Below, piece after piece: positions 13,100 through 25,607 of a stretch of 64,000 nt of DNA. The translations under genes and the position numbers were made by a program. Within the stretch, counting starts at the first letter, position 1, and the number at the start of each line of letters is the position of its first letter. The notes under the pieces are model-generated. The model searched no databases, was not told the origin of the DNA, and saw nothing but the letters and a program-made list of their open reading frames with translations. Origin of the DNA: Octopus sinensis (Eukaryota); assembly GCF_006345805.1 (NCBI RefSeq), contig NC_043008.1, forward strand, positions 55,552,001 through 55,616,000, given 5' to 3'.

Positions 13100-13510
13100 C
13101 ATCATCATCATCATCATCGTTTAATGTCCGCTTCCCATGCTAGCATGGGTTGGACGATTTGACTGAGGTCTGGCAAATCAGATGGCTGCACCAGACACCA
13201 ATCTGATCTGGCAGAGTTTCTACAGCTGGATGCCCTTCCTAACGCCAACCACTCCGAGAATGTACTGGCAGCGGCCACGCTCAAATGGTGCTTTTTATGT
13301 GCCACTTGCACAGGAGGCAGTCCAGCGGCACTGACAATGACCTCGCTCGAATGTTTTTTCACGTGCCACCAGCACAAGTGCCAGTAAGGCGACGCAGGTA
13401 ATGATCACGCTTGAATGGTGTTTTTTACATGCCACCGACACGGAGGCGAGCTTGTTGCTCTAGCAACGATCATGCTTGTATGGTACTCTTAGCACTCCAC
13501 TAGCACGGAT
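13100..13510 (-). mobile_element. Type D SINE-like element (RTE-type tail)
   Basis: (cat)n cgtttaatgtccg...ggatgcccttcctaacgccaacc, with internal gtgccacc sub-repeats. Confidence 0.85.
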
Positions 13511-13899
13511 GCTAGTCATTAAATTTGATTTTGATACTTATCCTAATATATAAATATAATGGTAAGGACAGGTGGGGAGTAATTGCATATAGAAAATGTA
13601 GTTCTTCTAGTCATTTACTTATCTTACATAACAAATCTATGATTGGAGAAAACAAAAATCTCATCATATGTTTGCCAGAAGTAATTGCATTTTGGGTAGT
13701 TTTCATTTTTCTTTCTTCAAATTCGAAATGAAACTAAATTGAATTGACATTAAAGAGAGAGTTCTATTTATGGCTAGGTGCAAAAGGATAAAACACTGAA
13801 ATGGAATAATATTTTGTTAAGTTAATCCTTTCATGAGCCAGAATAACTCTGAGAATTAGTAATTAGTTCTAATGCCATTAGTATTTATTAGCCTATTTG

Positions 13900-14122
13900 T
13901 TACGGTTTCTTTTGAAATACACTGCTTTTGTTTCAATTGATTTTGAAAATAATGGAGGATTTAGTCAAATAACTTTTGTCATTGTTAATCCGGTGTTTGG
14001 AACACAAATTAAAATAAAATTTGGATGAAAGGTTTTTAATATAAATCACTTTAATATTTTCACAGGAAATTTATATCACAGAACCAGGTGATGGTCTCTG
14101 GTAAGTTGATATCAAAAGATTT
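13900..14122. mobile_element. piggyBac-type MITE, decayed
   Basis: Similar to the reverse complement of 53818-54038 and to 25430-25607; termini eroded. Confidence 0.55.
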
Positions 14123-15024
14123 AGAAAGGAGGCAGGAAAAAGTCTTGGTTCTAATTTTTACAAGGCCAACAATTTTAAAGGAAGGAGATTAAATAAAATA
14201 CACTGGCTTCAGTACTTGGTACTTTATTTTATGACCCCCAAAACACTGAAATCCAAAGTTAACCACGGAAGGATTTAAACTCAGAATATAATCATAAACA
14301 ACCCAAAGGACTCTCTGATATTTATATGCAGTTATGAGCAAACTATGGCCCATGGGACTTTCTGAATGGCATGCTTAAACGAAAATTTAACTTGAATTTA
14401 TTTTAGTACAGCAATCATCCTGAAGAGGAATTATGTCTTATGCAGCCTGCTTCTCAAGAAAGGTTGCCCATACCTGCTTACAATATTTGGTTCTAGTTTT
14501 GGCGCAATGCCAGCAATTTTGAGAGAGGTGTTTAGTAAATCCCATCATCTCCTTACTTGTCTAGTACTTTAATACTTTATTTTACTGACTCTCCATGGAT
14601 GAAAAGAAAGTTCACCTTGACAAAATATGAACTTAAAATATAAAAAGCCAAAACAAATGTCATTTATTCCAGTTCGCGCAAGGAAAGGCATCCAACTGTA
14701 AAACCATGCCAAAACAGACAGTGGAGCTTGATGCAATCCTCTGGCTTCTTGCTAGTTCCTGTCAAACCATCCAACCCATGCCAGCATGGAAGACGGCCGT
14801 TAAATGATGATGATGGCAAACGTTTCTGCCAGTTGTTTTATGATTTTTCTAATTTGGGCACAAGGCCAGCAATTTTGATGGGAGAGGGATATTGAATACA
14901 TCAACCTCAGCACTCAACTGGTACTTGTTTTAACAGCTCCAAAAGGATTAAAGGCAAAATCAACTTTGATGGCTTTAAACTAATAAAGTAGGGAGCCAGA
15001 AGAAATGGAACAATGCATTTTGCC

Positions 15025-15297
15025 CCAGTGCCACCTTGACTGGCTTCCGTGCCGGTGGCACGTAAAAAGTACCAACTGATCGTGGCTGTTGCCAGCCTAC
15101 CCTGGCACCTGTGCCAGTGGCACGTAAAAAGCACCCACTACACTCACGGAGTGGTTGGCGTTAGGAAGGGCATCCAGCTGTAGTAACACTGCCAGATCAG
15201 ATTGGAGTCTGGTGCAGCCTCCTGGCTTCCCAGACCCCGGTCGAACCGTCTAACCCATGCTAGCACAGAAAATAGATGTTAAACGATGATGATGATC
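15025..15297 (+). mobile_element. Type D SINE-like element
   Basis: gtggcacgtaaaaagcacc...gttaggaagggcatccagc...aacgatgatgatgat. Confidence 0.85.
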
Positions 15298-15646
15298 CCT
15301 ATGCTTCTGCTAATTGGTCTGAAAACAATATTACATGGAGCAAACATACCTATTTACAAAACTGAAACTAGCTGGTACTAGCACTGAAGTTATGGTATTT
15401 TACTTTGGTTCATCATGTCCTTCTTGACTCCAAGCCTCACCTGTTTCCAAGCACGGTAATATTTTCTCATGGCCAGACATGTTTTTCATGGAAGACATAA
15501 AACAAATGTCCCTTGTACAACAATGATGCTTCTCCTTTCATTTTATCTTAACAAAGGTGTTATTAATTAAATACCTACACACACACACACATATATATAT
15601 ATATAATATATATATATATATGTATAAAGAGAGAAAGAGAGAGAGA

Positions 15647-16140
15647 GGTGAAAGTGTGGTAAGAAGCTTGCTTCCCAACCATATGGTTCCGGGTTCAGTC
15701 CCACTGTGGCATCTTGGGCAAGTGTCTTCTACAATAGCCTCAGGCCCACAAAGCTTTATGAGTGAATTTGACAGAAAGAAACTGAAAGAAGCTCATCATG
15801 TGTGTGTGTGTGTATGTTTGCTCCCCACCCCTGCTTGACAACCAGTGTTGGTGTGTTTACATCCCCATAAATAATGGTTCGGCAAAAGAGACCAATAGTA
15901 AAAGTATCAGGTTTAAAAAAAAAAGTACTGGGATCAATTCATTTCACTAAAAGAATTCAAGGCGGTGCCCCAGCATGGCCACAGACTAATGACTGAAACA
16001 GATAAAAGATATATATACATGACAGCTTCTTTTAAGCTTCTATGAACCAAATCCACTCACAAGGCTTTGGTTGGCCCATAGCCATAGAAAAAGATACTTG
16101 CTCAAGGTGCTGTACAGTGGGACTGAACCCAAGATCACAT
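15647..16140. mobile_element. Type A SINE (+, 15647-16010) followed by an inverted type A fragment (-, 16020-16140)
   Basis: Head/tail motifs in opposite orientations. Confidence 0.75.
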
Positions 16141-16194
16141 GGTTTAATGTATTAATAAACCAGTGAGAAACCTATCTTTGTCATCTCTTTGCAG

Positions 16195-16258
16195 AACCCT
16201 AATCTGTCACCATATTACATTCCTGAAAACCTTTTCCCTTCTAAGGAAATCTTAAGAC
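16195..16258 (+). CDS. Candidate internal exon (NPNLSPYYIPENLFPSKEILR), product unknown
   Basis: Strong acceptor ctatctttgtcatctctttgcag and donor AC|GTGAGG; only one frame stays open across the exon. Confidence 0.3.
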
Positions 16259-16724
16259 GTGAGGAGAGTTCAATGGTTTCAATTTCATTTTGGTTTGTTT
16301 TCTTCTTCCCGTTCTATTCTTGTTAACAAGACAAGAGAACAAGTATTTGTGGCAGCAAGCTTACATGACAAACCCTAATCTTATTCGGTTGTTGATCAAC
16401 AAGTGGAGAGCATATATTAATCACACACATACACACACAAGCATGTATACTAAAGATCTAAGAAGTAGTAGAGTAGGTTTAACCTTGATGAGAAAACAAA
16501 ACATTTTGATTAGAAACAGAACTGAAATGAAAACAAAACGAGATTTGGTGTTTGAGAAATGTTAAATGAGAGAGGCACACAGTATGATATTTATTTTGTT
16601 CAAAGGGTAAAGTGTATGTTTAAGTGTGCATGCATGAGGACGGTGTATATGTATGAGTGTGTGTGTAAATGTAACACCAAAACTGAATTATATCTATGCA
16701 TGCGTATATTTATATATAATCATC

Positions 16725-16890
16725 ATCATCATTGGCGTTTAACGTCTACTTTCCATGCTGGCATGGGTTGGACGGTTTGACTAAGGGCTGGCAAGCCAGA
16801 AGGATGCACCAGGCTCCAATCTGATCTAGCAAAGTTTCTACAGCTGATGCCCTTCCTAATGCCAACCACGAGAGTGTAGTGGGTGCTTTT
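16725..16890 (-). mobile_element. Type D SINE-like 3' part
   Basis: catcatcatcattggcgtttaacgtc...gcccttcctaatgccaacc. Confidence 0.8.
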
Positions 16891-16908
16891 CATGTATGTG
16901 TGTATGTG

Positions 16909-16939
<31 letters not shown>

Positions 16940-17095
16940 GTATGTATATATATATATATATATATATTGTTATATATAGAGGGAGTGAGCTAATGTACAA
17001 CACATACAGTTGATCACTATAAACAAATCATATATGCAGGTCATTTGGTACAAAGGCTGCACACTCATAAGTCATATTCAACAGGAGAGTTCATC

Positions 17096-17130
<35 letters not shown>

Positions 17131-17906
17131 CACACACACACAGATCACATGACCAACAAGATATATCAGATATAGTTACACATCACTGATCACAAATGCA
17201 CTTTTGCATTGTTTTAGCCTTCAAATGATGTCACCCTGCTGGCTAGGCGAGCAGGCCATCATTCCCAGCATGGCCGCAGTCAAATGACTGAAACAAATAA
17301 AAGAATATCAACATATTTCAATTCTGTACTTACTTTGTCAGCTATAGTGCAAGACACTGGCTAAAGTGCCATGCAGTTGGATAGAAACTGCAACCACTTG
17401 GTTATGAAGTGAATTCTATATCCACACAATTTTATCAATTTCCTTACAAGGGTATTGGCTATTTCTCTTTCTCATTTATATATTTTCCTCTTTTCATCTA
17501 GCAGAAGGGGTGGGTCAAATGAGGATAGCCAATCACATTGACCCCAGTGCGTGACTGGTACTAATTCCATCGATCCCCAAAGGATGAATGGCAAAGTCGA
17601 CCTTGGAGGAGTTTGAAATCAGAACATAAAAACAGACAAAATGACCAGCATGCTAATGATTCTGCCAGCTCGGCACCTTAATAATAACAATAATAATAAT
17701 AAAGATGAAAGTAATGATTTCTTTTATTTGCCACAGGGGCATCATACAGTCTGCACTTCACACATGAAAGCATTAAGCAAAACAAATGATGTTATTTCTT
17801 GACATTCCTTATTGGCAAAATCATTGTCCAGTTCTATGCTTTCTAAGACAAGAGGAAGGAAAACAAAAAGAAAAAAAAATTCACTGGACAATTCACAAAT
17901 TCACGT

Positions 17907-18146
17907 GGAGGCGCAATGGCCTAGTGGTTAGGGCAGCGGACTTGCGGTCGGAGGATCGCGGTTTCGATTCCCAGACCGGGCGTTGCGTGTGTTTATTGAG
18001 CGAAAAAACACCTAAAAGCTCCACGAGGCTCCGGCGGGATGTGGTAATCCCTGCTGTACTCTTTCACCACTCTAAAGGCGGTGCTCCAGCATGGCCGCAG
18101 TCAAATGACTGAAACTAGTACAAAAAACAAAAAAAAAAAAAAAAAA
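17907..18146 (+). mobile_element. Chimeric SINE: type C head joined to type A tail
   Basis: tRNA-like head gaggcgcaatggcctagtggttagggcagcggact to about 18070, then ctaaaggcggtgctccagcatggccgcagtc and an A-rich tail. Confidence 0.85.
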
Positions 18147-18269
18147 CAACCAAGGATTAGCACAGGAAGGGCATCTAGCTGCAAAACAGAGCCTCAATAA
18201 TATGTATTCATCCAACACATGCTATCATAGAAAAACAGACATAAAACAAATGAACAAACAAACTACTAT

Positions 18270-18800
18270 ACATTTCCACACTGAAGGTTAAACATATAGA
18301 CCCCTGGTGTTTTGCTGTGTTTGAAAGGACACATCAAGCAAATTAAAAGCATCGTTGCCCTCGCATAAAGGCTCAACCCTAATCTTGCAGGCTCATAGGT
18401 GCTGGTGCTGTGTAAAAAGCACCCAGTATACTCTGTAAAGTGGTTGGCATTAGGAAGGGCATCCATGCCAAAACAGACATGGAGCCTGAACAGCCCTTCA
18501 GCTGGTCAGCTCCTTTCAAACTGTCCAACCCATGCCAGCATGGAAAGCAAACATTAAACAATGATTAAAACAAACATTAAAAGGCGGCAAGGTGGCAGAA
18601 TCGTTAGCACACCGGGCAAAATGCTTAGTGGTATTTCGTCTGCCGCTACGTTCTGAGTTCAAATTGCACCGAGGTCGACTTTGCCTTTCATTCTTTCATA
18701 CCAGTTACGCACTGGGGTCGATATAATCAACTTAATCCGTTTGTCTGTCCTTGTTTGTCCTCTCTGTGTTTAGCCCCTTGTGGGTAGTAAAGAAATAGGA
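18270..18800 (+). mobile_element. Type D element (about 18270-18565) followed by a type B SINE (18583-18800)
   Basis: Family motifs as in other copies. Confidence 0.8.
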
Positions 18801-19294
18801 AAACAAACATTAAATGATGATGATGACTTCTGAAAAGGCATGGTATCTGTTTTTGTAAGGTAAGCATGGTTCAAAGGGTCTATTATATAACATAACTAGT
18901 TTTATTGATCCAGAAAACATGAAATGCATCAGTGGCCCCATAAAGACTCGAACTCTGGAATTATTAATTCACGGAAGTGGAATCACAAGAAGTCCGCAAA
19001 GTATCTTAATCTGACATTTTTACAGTGTCAGTCAGTTGCCACCGTCTCACCACCGCGTTCAACTTAATTGAAAATTAGCCAGAAACAACAAACTGACATT
19101 TATCATACTTTAAAACTGAAAGTTATAGTGGTCATGCAGAGGGGGAGAGGAGGGGGGAAGGCAGGGGGGGAGCAAAAATTCAACAAAACTTGTTTATTTG
19201 AATAACAAGTATTAGAGACAGCTGAGGAAACAATGTTTCCCTTCAAAAGTGCAAACCTAAAAGGAGAGGAGAGGAGCAAAATGCCTGTGCGTGA

Positions 19295-19370
<76 letters not shown>

Positions 19371-19379
19371 CATATATTA

Positions 19380-19419
<40 letters not shown>

Positions 19420-19639
19420 TCCCACATACAGACACTATCAGTGTATAAACTATAAATGTTATAACTTCTATTTTAAATCAGGATGATCCAGTCATATTCC
19501 TTCATATATATCAGCATCAGCACAATTATAATCACCATTTACACTCCATAAAGAAAACAGATTTTAAAATAATGGCTTCTCTAACTGCCCCCCCTCCATC
19601 CCCCTCTCTTGTTCTCCCTTCCTCTTTTTTTCCACCACC

Positions 19640-19670
<31 letters not shown>

Positions 19671-20418
19671 ACTCTGTGGTTTTGCAAACCCAGCCAACAC
19701 AGGAGTGGTATTAAGTGTTTTGCAAGGAGTGTAAATGAAAGATACACAAATTTCACTTGCACTTCCATGAGGAATACTGAAGGCAGAATTGCACTCGTTG
19801 ACACCTGTGAACCAGAGACAAAGAGAAAAAAAGAAAAGACAAGGAAACTGAAAAAAAAAAAAAAAATGGAAGGAAGGAAATTTCATTAAAAGATTATTTT
19901 TTTCATCTCCTAAAAAACGATAACTCTTTGCCACCCGTGCCTTCCTGTCGGAAGATGCCATATTTGGTCAAGTGCAAACGGCAGACAAGAACTAGGTTGT
20001 GTGTTCAAATCAACTGTGAGCAGTTTCATTCCGTATTTCGGGAGTACACATGAATTTATAGCCTCATCATGTAGCTATGACGTTGAGGAACTTGTTGCCC
20101 AACAATATTGCCCACTGCCTGGCACCCTGAAAAATGTATCCTATTATAGCCCAAGGCCTATCAGAACCTTGTGAATAGATTTGGTTGAGGGAAACTGAAG
20201 TGTGTGTGTGTGTGTGTATTTTTTGCTAAACTTTTTGCTAAACCCTTAATTATATTTATAATTATAAAAAAACTTTTTATATAAGTTTTTACCGATAATG
20301 GGGGTTTTTTTTCCATACCAAAGCTACTTGGTAAAATTTGTTAATTATTAAATTAATAATTTTTTACCCTATATCTATAATATATATACATATATATTAT
20401 ATTATATAATATTATAAT

Positions 20419-20612
20419 GGGGCAGGTCACTTTATGGGGCTACACTGGGTTTCTTGCTCATAAAAGGTTCAGCCTTATGGCGTATCTTCAGTGCACACAC
20501 ACACTCACGCACAGACATTTTGTTCCTCTCCTCTCATTTTAGCTTTCCACTTTTGAAGTGAAACCCTTTATGAGTGAGAAACCCAGTGTAAGCCCATAAA
20601 CAGGCCTCCCCC
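20419..20612. mobile_element. MITE with about 52-bp imperfect TIRs, GGGG termini and 8-bp TSD ATTATAAT
   Basis: ggggcaggtcactttatggggctacactgggtttct pairs with agaaacccagtgtaagcccataaacaggcctccccc; ATTATAAT at 20411-20418 and 20613-20620. Confidence 0.75.
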
Positions 20613-20848
20613 ATTATAATATTAACTGCTCTACATCTTACCGCTTTTCCTCTGGATTTGTAATTCTACAAACGATATATATATATATATCATGATCATC
20701 ATTTAACACCTGTCTTCTGTGCATGCATGGGTAGGAAGGTTGACAGGAGCCGGCCAGGTAGAGAAGACTACCCCTGGCTACTGTGTCTATTTTGGCAGGA
20801 TTTTTTATGGCTGGATGCCCTTCCTAACACCAATCACTCTGCAGAGTG

Positions 20849-20886
<38 letters not shown>

Positions 20887-22126
20887 TTATTATTCTTAAA
20901 CTAGAATGTTAATACCACAAGGAAGGTGTTCTATTGATTGGCTCAGCTGGAACACTAGTCACAACAACCAATAGATAACCAATTTTATGTCTTTGTAACT
21001 TAGCAGCTGGAAATATAGCCATATATAGATATGGGTAGAATAAGACACAAATTGATATACGATGGGTAGGATTAAGGGCTTGAACCAATCAAACCCAGGT
21101 ACAAAGACGTATGGTGAAGAAGTGGTTTTAAGTTCGGTCCCAATGCATAGCACTTTGGAAAAGTATTTTCTTCTACTGCCATAGAGCAACCAATGTCTCA
21201 CGAAGAAATTAGGGAGGATGGAAACTTGACAGAAGCTATATTAAGCTCCTGTGTGTGTGTGTGTGTGTGTGTTTACATCCTTGTAATTTAGTGTTTTGGC
21301 AAACGAGACAAGTACCAGACTTAAAAAATAAGTACCAGGGGTCAATTTGTTCGATGAAACCCTTTAAGGTGGCACCTTACCATGGTGGCAGTTCAGTGAC
21401 TGAATCAAGTGAAATATAAAAGATACATACATACACACACACACACCTACATATATGCATACACACACATTACAAACACACATTAAAAAAAAAATTTTTT
21501 TTTTTTTTCACTTCTTCCTAGCTGGCCATTCTGGAATGTCCCATAATCTTCTTAATTTAATCTTTAACGCTAGATTTAAACATCTAAAATCAATATCAAT
21601 CAGTACTGCAGTAGCAGAGAACAATAATTTAATTTCTGTTTTTTTTTTTTTTGGACATTTCTTTCTTTTTACAGAAGACTAATAATTAATTAAAACTTTT
21701 AATGATTAGTTGTTACTTTTCATTTTTGAGGCAAATCAATTCATGATATATAATTAATTTTAATATATTTAATGTGTGTGGGGGGGAGAAGAGAGAGAGA
21801 GAGGCAGTTCAATACTCAGTGTAAACAATGGAGAGATGAGAGTCGGAGTGGAATCACTGCAAGGTTAGCAGAGAAAGGACAGTATTTTCCTAGCATATAT
21901 GAGTTAACAAAGTACAAGGTGTAAACATTCAAATCATCACTATCATTTCAAATCTGGCCATGAGAAAATATTTACCTTGCTTGGAAACAGGTGAGAGTAA
22001 GAAACAAAGAGGGCATCCGGTCATAAAATTCTGCCCAAACAAATTCTGTCTGATCCATGCTAGCATGGAAAAGTAGATGTTAAAACGAAGATGATATATA
22101 TACATAAATATATGGAGGCATACGTA

Positions 22127-22334
22127 TAAGGTGCAGTGAATAAACAGTCATCTAAATTATGCAAAAATGAAAATAACTCTGATGTGTCATTTTAACAGAT
22201 ATATTTACCAAAATTACATAAAAATATCTTGAAATACTAAGGAGTAAATTTATTCAATAAAATCGCCATTGGCTCTAACCACAGCCTCTAAACGACTTTG
22301 GAATCTCCTGCAACTTTTCTGGATGGTCTCCTTG
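22127..22334 (-). mobile_element. Tc1/mariner transposon 3' end (transposase C-terminus plus TIR)
   Basis: Minus strand 22334-22250 encodes KETIQKSCRRFQSRLEAVVRANGDFIE*, a typical mariner/Tc1 C-terminus; ends next to TA at 22125-22126. Confidence 0.75.
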
Positions 22335-22687
22335 TTTAAGTCATTTGACTGCAGCCATGCTGGAGTACTACCTTGAAGTGTTTTTGTCGAACAATTCAAC
22401 CCCAGGACTTATTCAAGTCCTAGTACTTATTCTATTGGTCTCTCTGTTGAACTGTTAAGTTATAAGGACATAAACACACCAACATCGGATGTCAGGCAAT
22501 GATGGCAGGGACAAACAAACACATACACAACAGGGTTTTTTCAGTTTCCATCAACCAAATCTACTCACAAGGCTTTGGTCAGCCCAGGGTTATAGTAGAA
22601 GACACTTGCCCAAGGTGCCATACAGAGGGACTGAACCCAGAATTATGTGGTTGGGAAGCCAGCTACTTACCACACAGCCACACCTAC
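22331..22687 (-). mobile_element. Type A SINE truncating the mariner fragment
   Basis: Reverse-complement type A directly abuts the transposase remnant. Confidence 0.85.
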
Positions 22688-23154
22688 ATTATCAATATCA
22701 CAAGGTATGTGTGTTGCTAAACACTAGTAGCTGTTGTATTTCATCTAAAAGATGTCCCTTTAAAGATATATAGTGTTAAAAAACACAGTATACTTTGAAG
22801 CTAAGCAAAAAGAAACTGCCTTGGAAGTGGACAGCAGATATCAATATTTCACAGATTTTTCTGCTCTTCAGTTCTGTGTATTCATCCCACTTCTGAAATA
22901 TAATCAAATCACCAGCTAGATCTATATACAAATAATGTAAAATCTATTTGCTGATGTGCAACAGTGCTGCACAAGTAGAACAAAATTCAAATTTTGCATC
23001 AGAAGCAGCTCAATGACGTAAACATTATCAATATCTTGTATCTAGTGCATGTGAGTTGTAATGCTGCAGCTACAAGCATTTAGCAACATGCATACATTAA
23101 GCTGTGATATTGATAATGGTTGCATTATTTAGCTGCTTCAAATAGAAAATCTGA

Positions 23155-23195
<41 letters not shown>

Positions 23196-23197
<2 letters not shown>

Positions 23198-23560
23198 GTG
23201 GTAAGAAGCTTGCTTCCCAACCACATGGTTCCAGATTCAGTCCCATTGTGTGGCACCTTGGGCAAGTGTCTTCTACTATAGCCTCGGGCCAACCAAAGCC
23301 TTGTGAGTGAATTTGGTAGACGGAAGCTGAAAGAAGCCCATTGTGTGTGTGTATGTATATATAAGAGTATGTATTTGTGTGTCTGTGTTTGTCCCCCTTC
23401 CCCACCACTCCCACCGATGCTGGTGTGTTTATGCCCCCATGCCTCCGTAACTTAACGGTTTGGCAAAAGTGACCAATAGAACTTACAAAGAATAAGTCCT
23501 GGTGTCAATTTGTTCAACTAAAGTCAGTGCTCTAGCATGGCCAGAGTCAACTGAAATAAA
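23196..23560 (+). mobile_element. Type A SINE
   Basis: Head, body and tail motifs. Confidence 0.85.
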
Positions 23561-23568
23561 AGAATAAT

Positions 23569-23599
<31 letters not shown>

Positions 23600-23739
23600 T
23601 ATATATATATGTAGAGATAGAGAGAGAGAGAGAGAGGTGGGGGTAAATATACGTGTGTGTATGTGTTTATGGATTTGTTTTACAAGGTTTCTGATGTGAA
23701 ATTGTGTGTTGGAAAAGATAGTGTTATATTTTGAGATGG

Positions 23740-24076
23740 TCATTTTTTTGTTCTTCCCAGATAAACACATGTACTTTATATTCGTGCTTCACTCATTTGC
23801 TATTGTTCTTATTTTATCTCAAGTCCATTGTCTGGAAATCTTTCGTCACACATCTGTGACTTGTTCAGTGACTCTTCCATCCACGTCCTCTTCCTCCTTA
23901 TCGACTCTCTCTCCAGAACAAGGGGAAACATGTGGATGGAAGAGTCACTGAAGAGGTCACAGACGTGTGACCAATGATTCCCAGACAATGGTCATAAAAT
24001 ATAATAGGAACAATAACAAAAGAGTGAAGAACAAATATATAGTCCATATGTTTATTTGGCAAAAGAAGAAAAATGT
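23740..24076. repeat. Imperfect fold-back inverted repeat (arms about 147 bp, spacer about 43 bp)
   Basis: 23740-23885 aligns without gaps to the reverse complement of 23929-24076, roughly 75-80% identity by eye. Confidence 0.85.
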
Positions 24077-24415
24077 CTTGCATTTGATTTTTGTAGTGTA
24101 TGAATGAATAACACAGGGGCCAAGTCTTGGGTGGCTTTTAAAATTGATGCCAACATCATTTGTGCAATATTGATGGAATATTCTCCCCATCATGCAAATG
24201 ATGTAGTGCTCTTGGCACCGTTGGAGAGAGTAAAGATCAAGTTTTTTTAGTTAATACCTGTCATGTGGTCTATCTTTCTTGTTATTGACAACTGGAGTGC
24301 TTCCACTTTCATGTGGGAAGACCACAGTAGGCAACAGCATTCAAGGTGAGGTCAGGCAAAAGTAAATTAGAGAAGGATGATGGTGTGAGAACCTCTAGAC
24401 CAAAAAGCTCTCAGT

Positions 24416-24450
<35 letters not shown>

Positions 24451-24453
<3 letters not shown>

Positions 24454-24600
24454 TTGGCGTTAGGAAGGGCATCCAGCTGTAGAAACACTGCCAGATTAGA
24501 CTGGAGCCCGGTACAGCCTTCTGGCTTCCCAGACCCCGATCGAACCGTCCAACCCGTGCTAGGACGGAAAACGGACGTTAAACGATGATGATGATGATAT
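24451..24600 (+). mobile_element. Type D SINE-like 3' part, young
   Basis: tggttggcgttaggaagggcatccagc...aaacggacgttaaacgatgatgatg. Confidence 0.85.
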
Positions 24601-24873
24601 ATATATATATCATGACGATGATGATATATATATATATATATATATATATCATGACGATGATGATGATATATATATATATATTTCGCTTAGGTATAGCAAG
24701 ACTAAATAACTTGAGATATACACACATTATATATGCCTATATACCCATAGAATACACGTAAAATAATCTTTATGTGCATATACACACACAATATAAACAC
24801 AGATATACATATACAGAATGCATACCACTGTATATACAAATATAATAAGCACGCTGTTTAGACACACACATAC

Positions 24874-25148
24874 ATCGTTTACTTCTAACAATGCACGATG
24901 TACCAAAGCCTCGTAATGCTTTCTGTATTTGGCACCGTAATAAATAAATGAAATGTCATCTAACGAAGCTTTTTCGGCAATAACTTTTAACAAATATCAA
25001 CAAATTAAAAGATGGAGATATTTTCTTCGGGTTGTTTGTGTTTGATGTTTCCTCTTTGGCTTTATCAACACATTTATGTTTTTTTACAGTTCGTGACGAG
25101 CACCAGCATTAGAAAAGGAAGGAAAGCAGCGATCAGTTGTTGTTCCAT
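24874..25148 (-). CDS. Candidate first two coding exons of a secreted or membrane protein (25148-25088 and 24983-24874)
   Basis: Exon 1 gives MEQQLIAAFLPFLMLVLVTN (signal-peptide-like). A 104-nt phase-1 GT-AG intron follows. Exon 2 gives FIAEKASLDDISFIYYGAKYRKHYEALVHRALLEVND and ends at a strong GTATGT donor. The exon 1 donor (GTAAAA) and the AAG acceptor are weak. Confidence 0.33.
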
Positions 25149-25429
25149 AGCTATCTTTATTATCAAGTGAAAGTTATTTTTAGAGTTGAACAGGGACAAA
25201 AATAGAACAATAAGGCGATGTGACCAAGGACATACGCACACACACACACACACATGCACGCACCTAACTAAATATTCCAACCAACGAGGAGGCTTCTACA
25301 GGTCGTCCGAGAAGCAAGAAACAGCAGCCAAACGCCTCCGCATGACTACAGAGTCATATTCCTCCCCCAACTTACTCAAAAAATTCATATTCTTGAATGA
25401 AATTTTGCAGATACGTTTTCGAAGGGTTA

Positions 25430-25607
25430 ATTACGGTTATTTTCTTAAGGTTTTATTTATCTACTTTTTAAACCATATTTCTGTTGAAATACACCGTCTT
25501 TGTTTCAAACATGAAACTGTGATAGATTTTAAATTTAGATCACTTCAAAACGAGAAATTTATATCATAGAATCATGGGCGGTCTCGTGCATGTTGGTACT
25601 AAAAGGG
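25430..25607. mobile_element. piggyBac-type MITE, left end eroded
   Basis: Ends ggtactaaaagggTTAA; body similar to 13900-14122 and to the reverse complement of 53818-54038. Confidence 0.65.

Noticed and set aside
13628-13636. 9-nt microexon candidate (also an 8-nt one near 801-808)
   Set aside because: YAG-short-GTAAG patterns are expected by chance many times in 64 kb of AT-rich DNA; no further support
17907-17985. tRNA gene
   Set aside because: Has A/B boxes but continues into a SINE body; multiple diverged copies; no clean acceptor stem
19690-19804. Minus-strand exon with a strong acceptor; one frame (STSAILPSV...LLAKHLIPLLCW) loosely recalls an NMDA-receptor ATD segment
   Set aside because: About 10 residues too short, lacks the expected cysteine, has no convincing donor and the frame is ambiguous; worth an HMM test only
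20915-21005. Open 91-nt minus-strand exon candidate
   Set aside because: Overlaps decayed type A SINE words (ctaagttacaaagacataaa)
22842-22892. Minus-strand exon KWDEYTELKSRKSVKY*, phase-compatible with the 24874 donor
   Set aside because: Early stop, no good donor and no nearby poly(A) signal; phase match has a one-in-three chance
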